From an uncultured Acidobacteriota bacterium (lineage in GTDB: Bacteria; Acidobacteriota; Thermoanaerobaculia; Multivoradales; UBA5704): a stretch of 64,000 bases of DNA. The stretch is from contig CAVYRF010000001.1 of the NCBI GenBank assembly GCA_963770895.1, positions 1,536,001 to 1,600,000 on the forward strand. Reading direction: 5' to 3'. Made by a program: the position numbers and the translations under genes. Below are positions 9,789 to 19,151 of this stretch, piece by piece. Under the pieces are notes generated by a model, which worked only from the letters and a program-made list of their open reading frames with translations, had not been told where the DNA came from and did not search any database. Position 1 is the stretch's first letter; every line of letters begins with the position of its first letter.

Positions 9789-11431
9789 GCCGCAGCCGAA
9801 TGGATTGCCTGAGCATCGGGTACTACGAGCCCGCCTTCGAGGAGCACGAGAGGATCCTCCGCCAGCTTGGAGAGGACTCGGAGGCCTACCGCGACCTGCA
9901 GTTCAGCTTCGTCGACCTGGGCGACCGGAAGCTGACCTACATGGGGCTCCTGAGCTATGCCTACCGCCTGGCCCATGGCCTGGATCCCGCAGGGGAAGAC
10001 GACTTCAAGTCGGGGGACATCCCGAACCTGGCCGCGGTCTACCTGACGCACTTCCTGCGCCTCAAGGGGTTGCGGGCCGAGTACGTCAACCTGTTCTCCT
10101 ACGAGCAGGACCGGCTGCGGAGCTGCCTGGACGAGGACCCGCTCTGCGTGTCCATCACGACCACGTTCTACAGCCTCAACTTCCCGGTCATCGAGATCGT
10201 CAAGGGAATCCGCCGGTACAGCACGCGGACGCGGATCGTGGTCGGCGGCCCCCTGGTGGCGAACCACCACCGTCGCTACCCGCCCGACGAGCTGCTCATC
10301 GCTCTCGACGATATGGGCGCGGACATCTACGTCATCGAGTCACAGGGTGAGCAGACTCTGTGGCGCGTGGTCGAGTGCCTGAAAAATGGCGGCGACCTGT
10401 CCCGGGTGCCGAACATCGTCTACCGCGACGAGGCGACCGGGGAGTTGCGCCTGAACGAGGCCGAGCGGGAGAACAACTCCCTCAACGAGTACGCCATTGA
10501 CTGGCGGCTCTTCCGGGGCGACGCCTTGGGGCCGACGCTGCAGACGCGGACCGCCCGAAGCTGTGCGTTCAGCTGCGCCTTCTGCGGCTACCCGACGAGG
10601 GCGGGAAAGCTCACCCTGGCCAGCCTCGACACCATCGAGCGCGAGCTCGATTCGATGCGGGACATTGGCGGCGTCCAGAACGTGGTCTTCATCGACGACA
10701 CCTTCAACGTGCCCCTGCCGCGGTTCAAGGACATCTGCAGGCTGATGATCCGCAAGGGCTACGGCTTCAACTGGTTCTCCTACTTTCGCTGCAGCAACTC
10801 CGACGAGGAGGCGTTCGAGCTGATGGCCCGCAGCGGGTGCAAGGGAGTGTTCCTCGGTATCGAGTCGGGCTCGCCCCGGATCCTGGAGAACATGGACAAG
10901 CACGCGGCTGCCGACAAGTACCGCGAGGGAATTCGCAGGCTCAAGCAGCACGGGATTCTGACCTTCGGCTCCTTTATCGTCGGCTTTCCCGGTGAGACCG
11001 AGGAGACGATCCGGGAGACCGTGGACTTCATCCGGGAGACCCGGCCGGACTTCTATCGGGCCCAGATCTGGTACTGCGAGCCGGGGACCCCCATTTACTA
11101 CCGAAAGGAGAAGTACGGGATCGAGGGCGAGGGCTACAGGTGGCGGCACTCCACCATGGAGAGCCAGGAAGTGATGGACTACATCGACGACATGTTCCTC
11201 GACATCCGGGAGTCGGAGTGGCTTCCACAATGGTCCTTCGACTTCTGGGTCATCCCGTACCTGCTTGGCAAAGGAATGTCCCTGGAGCAGTTCCGAGGCT
11301 TCGTCCACGAGGCCAACCGGGCGCTGTCGCTGGAGATCGAGTACGTGCCGGACGCGGAGAAACGGCGGCTCCAGCGCGACTGTGTCCAGAAGATGGTTGA
11401 CAACCTTCGCGGGTGGCGCCCGGCCGCCTAG
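9785..11431 (+). CDS. Cobalamin-dependent radical SAM methyltransferase, PhpK (P-methyltransferase)-like
   Basis: CxxxCxxC (CAFSCAFC), B12-binding 'VVGGP' region, 'FIDDTFN', 'GIESGS' and 'FIVGFPGET'. The N-terminal 'DCLSIGYYEP...AYRDL' resembles the PhpK family. The ATG overlaps the NRPS stop (ATGA at 9785-9788). Confidence 0.85.
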   Translation: MSRSRMDCLSIGYYEPAFEEHERILRQLGEDSEAYRDLQFSFVDLGDRKLTYMGLLSYAYRLAHGLDPAGEDDFKSGDIPNLAAVYLTHFLRLKGLRAEYVNLFSYEQDRLRSCLDEDPLCVSITTTFYSLNFPVIEIVKGIRRYSTRTRIVVGGPLVANHHRRYPPDELLIALDDMGADIYVIESQGEQTLWRVVECLKNGGDLSRVPNIVYRDEATGELRLNEAERENNSLNEYAIDWRLFRGDALGPTLQTRTARSCAFSCAFCGYPTRAGKLTLASLDTIERELDSMRDIGGVQNVVFIDDTFNVPLPRFKDICRLMIRKGYGFNWFSYFRCSNSDEEAFELMARSGCKGVFLGIESGSPRILENMDKHAAADKYREGIRRLKQHGILTFGSFIVGFPGETEETIRETVDFIRETRPDFYRAQIWYCEPGTPIYYRKEKYGIEGEGYRWRHSTMESQEVMDYIDDMFLDIRESEWLPQWSFDFWVIPYLLGKGMSLEQFRGFVHEANRALSLEIEYVPDAEKRRLQRDCVQKMVDNLRGWRPAA

Positions 11432-11432
11432 T

Positions 11433-11511
11433 CTAGTGGCCTGTATCAGAGGAATCGGTAGTGGCTGGCGCCGCCATTCGGCGGCGCGGCCCTGGTACAG
11501 GCCGCCACTAG
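11433..11511. terminator. Nested inverted repeat between convergent genes, probably a bidirectional terminator
   Basis: Inner stem GCGCCGCC-attc-GGCGGCGC (11468-11487). Outer arms CTAGTGGC-CTGTA and TACAG-gcc-GCCACTAG. No clear U-tract. Confidence 0.5.
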
Positions 11512-11534
11512 TACCGACCGACTCGAGCGGAGCG

Positions 11535-13982
11535 CTACTTGGAGCGGAACAGGGTGGAAGGATCCGCCTTGGTCGCCCAGTAGGCCGGCCTCAGGATCGC
11601 CGGCAGGGAGAACAGCGCGATGATGCAGGGCACGATGAGGAAGACGACGGGATCGTAAGGATCGACGTCGAACAGGATACTCCCCATCGTCTTCGCCAGG
11701 CCGAGAGCGAACGCGAGCCCCGCGACCAGGCCGATGGCGAGCAGCACCGCCCCTTTCCCGGCGAACTGCCGCAGGATGTCGGACGGGTCGGCCCCGATTG
11801 CCATGCGGATGCCGATCTCGAAGCTCTGCTGGCGTACGGTATAGACCAGGATCGAGTAGATCCCGATCACCGCGAGCAGGAGGGCCGACGACGCGAAGAA
11901 GATCAGCAGGAAGGCGTTGAGCCGCATGCCGGCCTCCTCGTTGTGCCTCCGTTCCTGCAAGGTCTGGATGTCGTAGACTGGGATGTCGGGGGCGATCGTC
12001 TGCATCAGGTTGCTCAGCTGGAAGCGGGTCTGGTTACCCTCCCCGCGCGTATGCAGCAGGATCGACGCGGTCCTCGCCCGCATCTGGAGCAGGGGAAAAT
12101 AGACGTCGCGGTGGAAATCGTGATCGAACAGGAGGCGCCCGCGCTGGTCGACATCCTCGACGACGCCGACCACCTCCGCCCAGACGTTCTGCGAGGCCCC
12201 CGAAAAGAACCGCTTGCCGACCGGGTTCTGGGAGGGCCAGAGCGCCTCCGCCGTGGAGCGGCTGAGGATGGCGACCACGGGGTGGCTGGCGTCGTCCTGC
12301 TCGTTGAAATCGCGCCCCTGGATGAGCTTGATGCCCGTCTTCCGCAGTAAGTTGGGCGAGCTCCGGTTGTCATAGACCTTGACCTTGTCCTCCGGCGCTT
12401 CGAGCGACTTCCCTGCCGGGACGATGAACCGGTAGGTATAGCCTTCGCCCAGAATGCCGGGACCCCACAGGCCCGCCTCCTCCACGTCCGGCAGAGTCCG
12501 TGCCTTCTCGAGCACCTGCTTGTACAGCAGGTATACGGGCCCGTCCTCCTTGTACTGCGTTGGAGGCAGCTCGAACCGGGCGCTCAGGACGTGCGCCACC
12601 TGGAACCCGGGGTCGCTCTGGATCAAGGCCCTCAGGCTCTTGATCAGGAGACCCGCTCCGACCAGCAGGATGACGGAGAAGAAAACCGCCGAGACGACCA
12701 GGAAGCTCCGGGTGAAAGCCGTGGCCGCCGACTGGCTGTGCCCCTTGCCCTCGGACTGCAGCTCCTCCTGGAGGTCCACGTTCAGGCTTTTCCGGGCCGG
12801 GATCACGCCGATCAGGACGCTGACCAGGACAGACACGATCACCGCCGCCGCCAGGGCTCGCAGGTCCACCGAGAACTGCATGAAGGCCGGGAGGTTGTAG
12901 GCTTGCCCGCCGAACGTGGAGAGGAGCTTCACCGCGAAGAAGGCCGCGCCGACGCCGAGCAGGGCGCCCGCCAGGCAGAGGAGGGCCCCTTCGAGGACGA
13001 AATGGCGGATCAGGCGCAAGCGGCTGCTTCCCAGGGCTAGCCGCAGGGCCACTTCCTTGCGCCGGTCGACCGCCCGCACCAGGAGCAGGTTGGTGACGTT
13101 GGCGCAACCGACGAACAGAACGAAGACCGCTCCGATGAGCAGGGTCAGGACGGACAGGCGCATGCGCTCGAAGTCGAACTGGAATGTACGCAAGGGATCG
13201 ACGGTGGTCACGAAGCCCTGGTTGGAGCTCGGGAAGGTGTGGGCGAGCTGTTGCGAGATCGCGCGCATGTCCTGCCGGGCCCGCTCCAGGCTGACCCCCG
13301 GCCGCCGGCGCGCGAACACGTCCAGCCAGCGCGCGATCCGGTCCTCGACGTAACCCGGCCGTTGCGTCAGCCTGGAGATGGTCACGGGCACGTAGAGATC
13401 GATGTCGCGATAAATGTCGCGGAAGCCCTCGGGCAGGACACCGATGACCTGAAACGCGAGGCCCTGGAGCTGGATGCTCCGGCCGACGATCGAAGGGTCC
13501 CCGCCGAAGCGGCGTTTCCACAGGCCGTGGCTGATCACGGTCACCGCCTGCGGGCTGGTCCGGTTCTCCTCCTCCGGCTGGATGTTCCGCCCGAGAGCCG
13601 GCCGGACTCCCAGAAGATCCAGATAGGAAGCAGAAACGTAGCCGGCGTTGACCCGCTCGGCACGGTCGCCCCCGGTCAGGTTGAGCTGCTGGCCGTTCGA
13701 GCTCGCGGAGATCAGCTCCAGAGTCTGGCTCTGCTCACGCCAGGAATCGACGTCCATGTAGGAGGCCGGCAGGATCGACCCATCCCCTGCGGCCCGCATC
13801 CTCAGGACGGTCAGGCGGTCTCCCTCCTTGTAGGGGATCTCGCTCAGCAGCACGGAGCTCGCGATGCTGCAGATCGTCGTCGTCGAGCCGATGCCCAGGG
13901 CCAGGATCATGAGGATGGAAAACGAGAGGCCGGGCCTTTTCACCAGGGCTTTGAAAGCTTGTCGAAGATCCGATGCCATCAT
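11535..13982 (-). CDS. ADOP-type duplicated ABC transporter permease (MacB_PCD/FtsX x2)
   Basis: 'LALGIGSTTTI', 'GCANVTNLLLVRA..RRKEVALRLALG' and 'EIGIRMAIGA' in a duplicated 815-aa layout. No ATPase gene adjacent. Confidence 0.9.
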   Translation of the reverse strand: MMASDLRQAFKALVKRPGLSFSILMILALGIGSTTTICSIASSVLLSEIPYKEGDRLTVLRMRAAGDGSILPASYMDVDSWREQSQTLELISASSNGQQLNLTGGDRAERVNAGYVSASYLDLLGVRPALGRNIQPEEENRTSPQAVTVISHGLWKRRFGGDPSIVGRSIQLQGLAFQVIGVLPEGFRDIYRDIDLYVPVTISRLTQRPGYVEDRIARWLDVFARRRPGVSLERARQDMRAISQQLAHTFPSSNQGFVTTVDPLRTFQFDFERMRLSVLTLLIGAVFVLFVGCANVTNLLLVRAVDRRKEVALRLALGSSRLRLIRHFVLEGALLCLAGALLGVGAAFFAVKLLSTFGGQAYNLPAFMQFSVDLRALAAAVIVSVLVSVLIGVIPARKSLNVDLQEELQSEGKGHSQSAATAFTRSFLVVSAVFFSVILLVGAGLLIKSLRALIQSDPGFQVAHVLSARFELPPTQYKEDGPVYLLYKQVLEKARTLPDVEEAGLWGPGILGEGYTYRFIVPAGKSLEAPEDKVKVYDNRSSPNLLRKTGIKLIQGRDFNEQDDASHPVVAILSRSTAEALWPSQNPVGKRFFSGASQNVWAEVVGVVEDVDQRGRLLFDHDFHRDVYFPLLQMRARTASILLHTRGEGNQTRFQLSNLMQTIAPDIPVYDIQTLQERRHNEEAGMRLNAFLLIFFASSALLLAVIGIYSILVYTVRQQSFEIGIRMAIGADPSDILRQFAGKGAVLLAIGLVAGLAFALGLAKTMGSILFDVDPYDPVVFLIVPCIIALFSLPAILRPAYWATKADPSTLFRSK

Positions 13983-14089
13983 GATGGTCCCCTGGCTCCA
14001 TACGGCGCAGGGCTGAGAGTATAGAGTATAAGCACCTTCTCAGGGAATGGGCGATGGTGACACAATTCCCCTCCGGAGGAAGAAAACGC

Positions 14090-16087
14090 ATGACCATTGG
14101 GCGCGCTCTGGCCCTGATCCCACTCGTCTCGCTGCTGATTCTGCCGCTGCCCGCGCAGACGCCGTCCCCCTCGCTCCTGGTGGACCGCATCGGCGCCCGC
14201 GGCTATCTGCAGGTCGAGGCCCCAAGCTATTCCAGGCTGCCGCTGCGCGAGAAGCTCGTCGCCTGCCACCTGTACCGGGCGGCGGTGCAACTCGATCCCA
14301 TCTTCTACGACCAGATGTCGGCTTACGGGCTGACGGCCAAGCGGCTGCTGGGCGCGATGGTCGAGCGTCCGGAGCGGCTGCCGGAGGGGGCCCGCGCGGC
14401 GATCATCGAGTATACGAAGCTCGTCTTCGGCAACCACGGGAACCACAACGAGGTCACGGGGGGAAAATTCATCCCCACGATCTCGTTCGAGGAATTCTCC
14501 CAGGCCGCCCAGCAGGCGCGCGCGAAAGGGGCCGAGCTCGGCACCCAGGTCCAACTCGCGCAGACGCTCGAGTCGCTCCAGGCCCCGCTCTTCGATCCCA
14601 AAGTCCAGCCGCGGCTCACCACCAAGAACCCGCCGCCGGGCGAGGACATCCTCACCGCGTCGGGCAACAACTACTACCAGGGGGTCAAGCTCGACGACCT
14701 CAAGGGATTCACCGAGAGATATCCCCTGGATTCCCGCCTGGTCAAGAAGGACGGCAAGCTGGTCGAGGAGGTCTACCGGGCCGGCACGCCGGACGGCAAG
14801 GTCCCGCCCGGCCTCTACGCCAAGGAGCTGCGGGCGGTCAACCGCGAGCTCGAGGAGGCGGCCCAGTCCGCTGATCCCGGCCTGGCCAAGGTGCTGCGCG
14901 CCCTGGTCCGCTTCTATCAGACCGGCGATCTCAAGGACTGGCACGATTTCAACGTCCACTGGATCCAAAACGACGAGGAGGTGGATTTCGCCTCCGGCTT
15001 CATCGAGGTCTACCGCGACGCCCGGGGGATCAAGGGGTCGTCGCAGATGGTGGTGGCCGTGGTCGACCAGGAGCTCGCGCCGCTGATGCACAAGCTGGCC
15101 GACAACGCCGTCTATTTCGAGCGCAAGGCGCCGTGGGAGGAGCGGTTCAAGAAGCTCGACGTCAAGCCGCCGGTCGGCAAGGCGATCGAGACGCTGATCG
15201 CCAGTGGCGATTTCAGCGTCGCCACGACCGGGGACAACCTGCCGAACGAGCAGGACATCCGCGAGAAATACGGCACCAAGAGCATCATGCTGACCTCCAC
15301 GATCAACGCCGTCAACGCCACGCGCGGCGCCAAGGCGGCGATCGAGTTCTCGGACGACCCGGAGGCGGGAGACCTCTTCTACCGCTACGGCATCACGGCG
15401 GACAAACTCCACACGGCGCTGCACGAGATCATCGGCCACGGCTCGGGCAAGGTGGCGGTGCCCAAGGAACCGTCGACCTACCTCCGCGAGTACTTCTCGA
15501 CGCTGGAGGAGGCGCGGGCCGACCTGGTGGCCTACTGGAACATCTACGATCCCAAGCTGGCCGAGCTCGGCGTGAAGGACGTCCCCGAGGTGGGCCGCGC
15601 GCTCTACCGGCAGATGGCGCGGGCTGGCCTCACGCCGCTCAAGAGCTACCCCACGGGGGACACGATCCAGTCGGACCCCGACCGCGCGCGCATGCTGGTG
15701 GCCAACTATCTGATCGAGGCCGGGGCCCTGGAGCGGGTGAAGAGGAACGGCCACTGGTACGTCGACGTGAAGGATTACGACAAGGCGCACGAGGCGGTCG
15801 GCAAACTGCTCGCCGAGCTCATGCGGATCAAGGCCACCGGGGATTACGACGGGATCAAGAAGCTGATCGACACCTACGGCCTCCACTTCGATCCGGCGGT
15901 GCGCGACGACGTGATCGCCCGCTACAAGAAGATCGACACTCCGATCTACCTCTCGGGCGTCTTCGCGGACCTGGCCCCCATCAAGGACCAATCGGGGAAG
16001 GTGACCGACGTCGCCATCTCCTACCCCCGTGACTTCCTCGCCCAACAGCTCGCCTGGGCGCGGGAGAACGGGACGTTGGGGCTTTAG
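14090..16087 (+). CDS. Peptidase M49 (dipeptidyl-peptidase III family), exported
   Basis: HExxGH hexapeptide (HEIIGHGSG) and EEARAD second zinc motif. Hydrophobic signal peptide; GGAGG upstream of the ATG at 14090. Confidence 0.9.
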   Translation: MTIGRALALIPLVSLLILPLPAQTPSPSLLVDRIGARGYLQVEAPSYSRLPLREKLVACHLYRAAVQLDPIFYDQMSAYGLTAKRLLGAMVERPERLPEGARAAIIEYTKLVFGNHGNHNEVTGGKFIPTISFEEFSQAAQQARAKGAELGTQVQLAQTLESLQAPLFDPKVQPRLTTKNPPPGEDILTASGNNYYQGVKLDDLKGFTERYPLDSRLVKKDGKLVEEVYRAGTPDGKVPPGLYAKELRAVNRELEEAAQSADPGLAKVLRALVRFYQTGDLKDWHDFNVHWIQNDEEVDFASGFIEVYRDARGIKGSSQMVVAVVDQELAPLMHKLADNAVYFERKAPWEERFKKLDVKPPVGKAIETLIASGDFSVATTGDNLPNEQDIREKYGTKSIMLTSTINAVNATRGAKAAIEFSDDPEAGDLFYRYGITADKLHTALHEIIGHGSGKVAVPKEPSTYLREYFSTLEEARADLVAYWNIYDPKLAELGVKDVPEVGRALYRQMARAGLTPLKSYPTGDTIQSDPDRARMLVANYLIEAGALERVKRNGHWYVDVKDYDKAHEAVGKLLAELMRIKATGDYDGIKKLIDTYGLHFDPAVRDDVIARYKKIDTPIYLSGVFADLAPIKDQSGKVTDVAISYPRDFLAQQLAWARENGTLGL

Positions 16088-16228
16088 CCCCCTCGGACCG
16101 CTGGCATTACGCTTTCCCAGGCCTGGGAAATCATAGGCGAAAGCCAGCTCGAGCGCGAGCATGGGAACCGAACCGCCGAAGCTGCCGCGCTTCATCTCAA
16201 AGCGGCGATCGCGATGCGCGCCGGCAGT

Positions 16229-16506
16229 TGACGTGCCCCCCTGAAACTGGCCAGGCGATAGAGTGAGTCCTCCGGCAAAGGCAGTGCCTGGAGGAAGCGA
16301 TGAGGAAAAGTCGGTTCACGGAAGAGCAGATCATCCGGGTGTTGAAGGCGGCTGAAGCTGGAGAAAAAGCCACGGACCTGTGCCGGAAGCACGGCATTAG
16401 CGAGCAGACTTTCTACCGTTGGAAGGCCAAATTTGGCGGTATGGACGTCAGTGAAGCGCGGCGGACGGCTCTCACGCTCGCGGCCTCCTGGCGACCGGCG
16501 GTGTAG
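16229..16506 (+). mobile_element. IS3-family remnant: left inverted repeat plus truncated OrfA (16300-16506)
   Basis: Begins TGACGTGCCCCCCTGAAACTGGCCA. The ORF 'MRKSRFTEEQIIRVLK...CRKHGISEQTFYRWKAKFGGMDVSEARR' is a typical IS3 OrfA HTH, but similarity stops before the leucine zipper and no OrfB follows. Confidence 0.85.
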
Positions 16507-16791
16507 GCGTTGCTCGCGCCGGCCGACAGTCCAGGGTGGCAGGTGGCTGACCCGCCTGCGGCGCTGGCTGTGGCCGCGGTAGCGGTGCTTTCTCGGCGGC
16601 GTGAGCGCCCGGCCGCTTCCGGGGCCTCTAACGGCTCTCCGCTTTGTCAAACAACCAATCTTTGATGAAGTCGATATCTTCGCGGAGCTCTGACCCAGCG
16701 CACAAATCCGTCCTGGGCCTGTCGGTCCATGGCTGACCTGTTCCATAGTAAATGAATGGTAGCAAGGCTTGATCAATCAAAATTGGAGCCA

Positions 16792-17601
16792 TTAGCTCGC
16801 GAACGGCGCGCGCTGTTTCGGCGAGCAAGCTGTGCGCGAAATCACCAACCGCCTCCGCCTGACGGCGAGTTCAGCCGGTTTACCCCCAACCATGAGCATC
16901 TCAACCGTACCGTCAATGTTGGTTGAACAGTCGCTCGCCTGAGTCATTGCTGTCACGCTCAGTTGAGCCATTATCCGGAACCGCTTGGAGGGGTTCTTAA
17001 CAAGCACATATTGCTCCGTAGTCTGCTTCCCGCTTACTGCAGTGGTGGTTCTAGTGGTGCTCAGCAACTTCAATGCTTCCCGCCTGCCTTGCTGCGCTGC
17101 ATAATCAGACGGGGTGTTGCCCTTCTGGTCTTCAGCATGGGTGTCAGCACCGTTGGCCAGCAGCACTTTCACTACGTCGGCCTTGCCGAGCAGTGCGGCT
17201 ACATGTAGGGCGGTCATGCCATTAAGGGATTTAGCGTTGATGTCTGCCTTATGTGCGAGCAGCAGGGCCACAAGAGGTCCCTGTCCATCGATTTCGACCT
17301 TGCCTCCCATTGCGGCTAATATCAGGGGTGTCGCGCCATTGTTTTCTCTCGCGTTGACATCCGCTCCCTTGGAAAGCAGGAACTCCGCAACGTCCGTGTG
17401 GGACGTGAAGACAGCTTCGTGCAAGGGTGTATTGCCAGATGCGTCCTTACTGGAGATAGCTACCGGATCGCGCGCGAGCAGAGACTTCACCTTCGCAAGA
17501 TCGCCTTGCTTTGCTGCGTCATGTATCTCGCCACAAAAAGCGACAGTGGGCAGGATACCATCCGTGGCGCTCCGGCCGCGCCGCTGTAAGCGGTGCAGCA
17601 A
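16792..17601 (-). CDS. Ankyrin-repeat protein; start and C-terminus uncertain, possibly frameshifted
   Basis: GNTPLHEA, GATPLILAA, GMTALHVAA and GNTPSDYA repeats. Visibly lower GC than the flanking DNA. Confidence 0.8.
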   Translation of the reverse strand: MLHRLQRRGRSATDGILPTVAFCGEIHDAAKQGDLAKVKSLLARDPVAISSKDASGNTPLHEAVFTSHTDVAEFLLSKGADVNARENNGATPLILAAMGGKVEIDGQGPLVALLLAHKADINAKSLNGMTALHVAALLGKADVVKVLLANGADTHAEDQKGNTPSDYAAQQGRREALKLLSTTRTTTAVSGKQTTEQYVLVKNPSKRFRIMAQLSVTAMTQASDCSTNIDGTVEMLMVGGKPAELAVRRRRLVISRTACSPKQRAPFAS

Positions 17602-17807
17602 CGGTTCGCCTCGAGGTGAACGTCAAGAGAGCCTGCGTCCGGGCGGCGCGTTCCTCGCCAGGTCTGCGAGGTGACGCAGGCGGGCAGCTGAAGCCTTGCT
17701 ACGGCTCCAGGTGGGTGACATGGAGCACGGTCCGAGCGAAACCAACGGCGCCGCGAGGCCGCCTGCAACGGTGGGTGGTCCTTGGCTAACATAGGGCTCC
17801 TCCGCCC

Positions 17808-18469
17808 ATGTGGATGCTCCCGCCCAACGCCAACCGCCTGCCGCGCAGCGGCGAAAGCGCGACAGAACTTTGGCTGCGAGCGCGACCGCTGGCGGGGACG
17901 GCGGCGGAGGCGTATCTCGAACGGCGGCGGGTGGCGCTGGCGGTGGCAGCGGCGGCTGAGGTGCGCTACACGGACGACTTGAACGGACGCCCGGCGGTGC
18001 TGGGCCGGCTGGTGGGGCCGCAGGGCGAGTTGCGGGCGGTGCACGGACGGCACCTCGAGGTGCGGCGAGGCGAGGGGAAGATGTTCACGGTGGGCGAGGC
18101 GGGCGGGGTGTTCGTGACGCTCGATGGCCTTGCCGCGGCGCCGCTGGTGTTGGTCGAAGGGATGTTCGATGCGCTTTCGGTCGGCGGCGGTGGCCTGGCG
18201 TGCGTGGCGACGATCGGGCGCTGGGTGGATTGGCTGCCGGCGGCGGCGCGCGGGCGGGAGGTGTGGCTGGCTTTCGACGCCAACCGGCCGGGGGAGCGGT
18301 CGGCGCGGGAGTTCGCGGCGGCACTGGCGGCGGCGGGAGCGGACTGCCGGCGGCTGCGGCCGCCGAGCGGTCACGGTGACTGGAACGCCGAGGCGCGGCG
18401 CCACGGCGCGGCGAGCCTGGCGCGGTGGCTGGAGCGACATGCTGCCGGCTCACTCGAGGAGGTGCGGTG

Positions 18470-18470
<1 letters not shown>
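17808..18470 (+). CDS. Toprim-domain (plasmid/phage primase-like) protein, N-terminal zinc-binding part apparently lost
   Basis: '[15 protein letters not shown]', '[12 protein letters not shown]', 'LAFDAN..G' and 'GDWN' match the toprim_3-type pattern. Confidence 0.7.
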
Positions 18471-19036
<566 letters not shown>

Positions 19037-19151
19037 CGTCGGGTCCCGCCACGCCGCTGAGGACCACGCAGAGGCTTTGAAGCGGGCGGCCGACCGGGCC
19101 CGCCGCCCGCTGGCGAATTGGATGCCCGACCGCCGCTCCGCCGGCCGCGGT

